Below are positions 30,967 through 32,000 of a DNA stretch of 32,000 nt, piece by piece. Location of the stretch: NCBI RefSeq assembly GCF_004102945.1, contig NZ_CP019384.1:1080001-1112000 (forward strand), written 5' to 3'. Position numbers and translations under genes: made by a program. This stretch comes from Candidatus Velamenicoccus archaeovorus. GTDB lineage: Bacteria > Omnitrophota > Gorgyraeia > Velamenicoccales > Velamenicoccaceae. The stretch's first letter is position 1. Every line of letters begins with the position of its first letter. The notes beneath the pieces were generated by a model that was given only the letters and a program-made list of their open reading frames with translations, was not told where the DNA came from and searched no databases.

Positions 30967-32000
30967 GTAAACATAGGCCGCGGCCTCCAACAGCGCCTTG
31001 GCCTTATTGACAGTCTCTTGATATTCTTTGGCAGGATCGGAATCGCTGACGATGCCCGCCCCCGCCTGGATATACAGGTCGTTATTTTTGATCAGCATGG
31101 TGCGGATTATTATACAAGAGTCGAGATTTCCTGAAAAGCTGAAATAACAAACGGCGCCGCCGTAAGGCCCCCGGCGCGTCGTCTCGATCTCATCGATGAT
31201 CTCCATGGCGCGGATCTTGGGCGCGCCCGACAGTGTCCCTGCGGGGAAACAGGCGATCAGGGCATCCAGGGCGCTTTTGCCCTTCTTAAGCCTGCCGGTG
31301 ACGTTGCTGACGATATGCATGACATGGGAATATTTTTCAACAGTCATAAACTCGTCGACCTTCACCGAACCGTAATCGCAGACACGACCCAGGTCGTTGC
31401 GGCCCAGATCGACCAGCATCAGGTGCTCCGCCTTCTCCTTGGCGTCGTTCAACAATTCTTTAGCCAGCTTTGCGTCTTCCTGCTCATTGGTCCCTCTGGG
31501 CCTGGTCCCGGCGATCGGCCTGGTCTCGACGATGCCGTTTTCGCAGCGCACCAGAAGCTCCGGCGATGACCCCACCAGCACAAGACCCCCGAGCTTCAAA
31601 TAAAACATATACGGCGATGGGTTAATGCCCCTCAAGGAACGATAGATGTTGAAAGGCTTCTGGTGAAGCTTCATATGAAAACGCTGCGACAAGACAGTCT
31701 GGATGATGTCGCCGCACCGGATATACTCCTTGGCCCTGCGGACACCCTCCTGGAATCCGGCCCTGCCGACATTAGACACGATGGCCGGCTTCTGTAATCC
31801 TTTGGCCGGTTCTGCGTCCATCTTAAGGGGCCGGCCCAGCTTAACGACGAGCGCGTCGATCCTGTTTAAAGCGTTCTTGTAAGCGCGCCGGAGAGCCCGG
31901 GGCGTCTTTGCATCCAAGACGCAGTTGGCAACGATCTTGATCCTGCGGTTGACATGGTCGAAGACGATAAGGGTTTCCGCCAACATCAACACGCAGTCCG
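30952..32000 (-). CDS. trpE: Anthranilate synthase component I, C-terminal chorismate-binding part (gene continues past the right edge)
   Basis: NPSPYMFYL, VGSSPE, RPIAGTRPRG, EHLMLVDLGRNDLGRV, FPAGTLSGAPKIRAMEIIDE.E...RG.YGGAV and IRT...AGAGIVSDSDP..E..ET.NKA are present. The reading frame stays open to position 32000. TrpE is favoured over PabB by the PYMFYL block. Confidence 0.8.
   Translation of the reverse strand, partial: DCVLMLAETLIVFDHVNRRIKIVANCVLDAKTPRALRRAYKNALNRIDALVVKLGRPLKMDAEPAKGLQKPAIVSNVGRAGFQEGVRRAKEYIRCGDIIQTVLSQRFHMKLHQKPFNIYRSLRGINPSPYMFYLKLGGLVLVGSSPELLVRCENGIVETRPIAGTRPRGTNEQEDAKLAKELLNDAKEKAEHLMLVDLGRNDLGRVCDYGSVKVDEFMTVEKYSHVMHIVSNVTGRLKKGKSALDALIACFPAGTLSGAPKIRAMEIIDEIETTRRGPYGGAVCYFSFSGNLDSCIIIRTMLIKNNDLYIQAGAGIVSDSDPAKEYQETVNKAKALLEAAAYVYPVRK

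Overview
All 31 protein genes and the one tRNA I can support in this 32-kb window lie on the minus strand. In window order they are:
- ftsH (5' part, missing from the ORF track), tilS, a small membrane protein, a prepilin-type protein and a DUF3108-like secreted protein.
- A ~950-bp non-coding tract with one intact tRNA(CAU) and decayed tRNA fragments.
- A tightly packed string, listed here in window order (transcription runs the other way, mgtC first): TMTC-like TPR glycosyltransferase, acsE, acsD, cooC/acsF, RACo-type corrinoid activator, acsC, larC, larB, membrane-anchored HTH protein, bactofilin-HTH fusion, mgtC.
- Housekeeping genes: tsaD, yibQ-like deacetylase, ctpA, gatB, gatA, gatC, rsmA, pdxA, surA-like, a very short mfd, secDF, yajC, rpsP and the 3' part of trpE.

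The strongest unexplained signal is non-genic. Nearly every spacer longer than about 70 bp is built from a few families of short hairpin-forming repeats. Two copies carry clear insertion signatures (terminal inverted repeats plus a 6-bp target duplication). One splits the overlapping gatC-stop/gatA-start codons, and the other supplies the trpE stop codon. No transposase is present in the window.

Gene-level oddities:
- larB-larC sit where acsA/acsB normally precede acsC.
- A bactofilin is fused to an excisionase-type HTH, next to a membrane-anchored paralogous HTH.
- mfd encodes about 630 aa.

All calls rest on reading the sequence and remembered family signatures. No database search was possible, and the taxon cannot be assigned.
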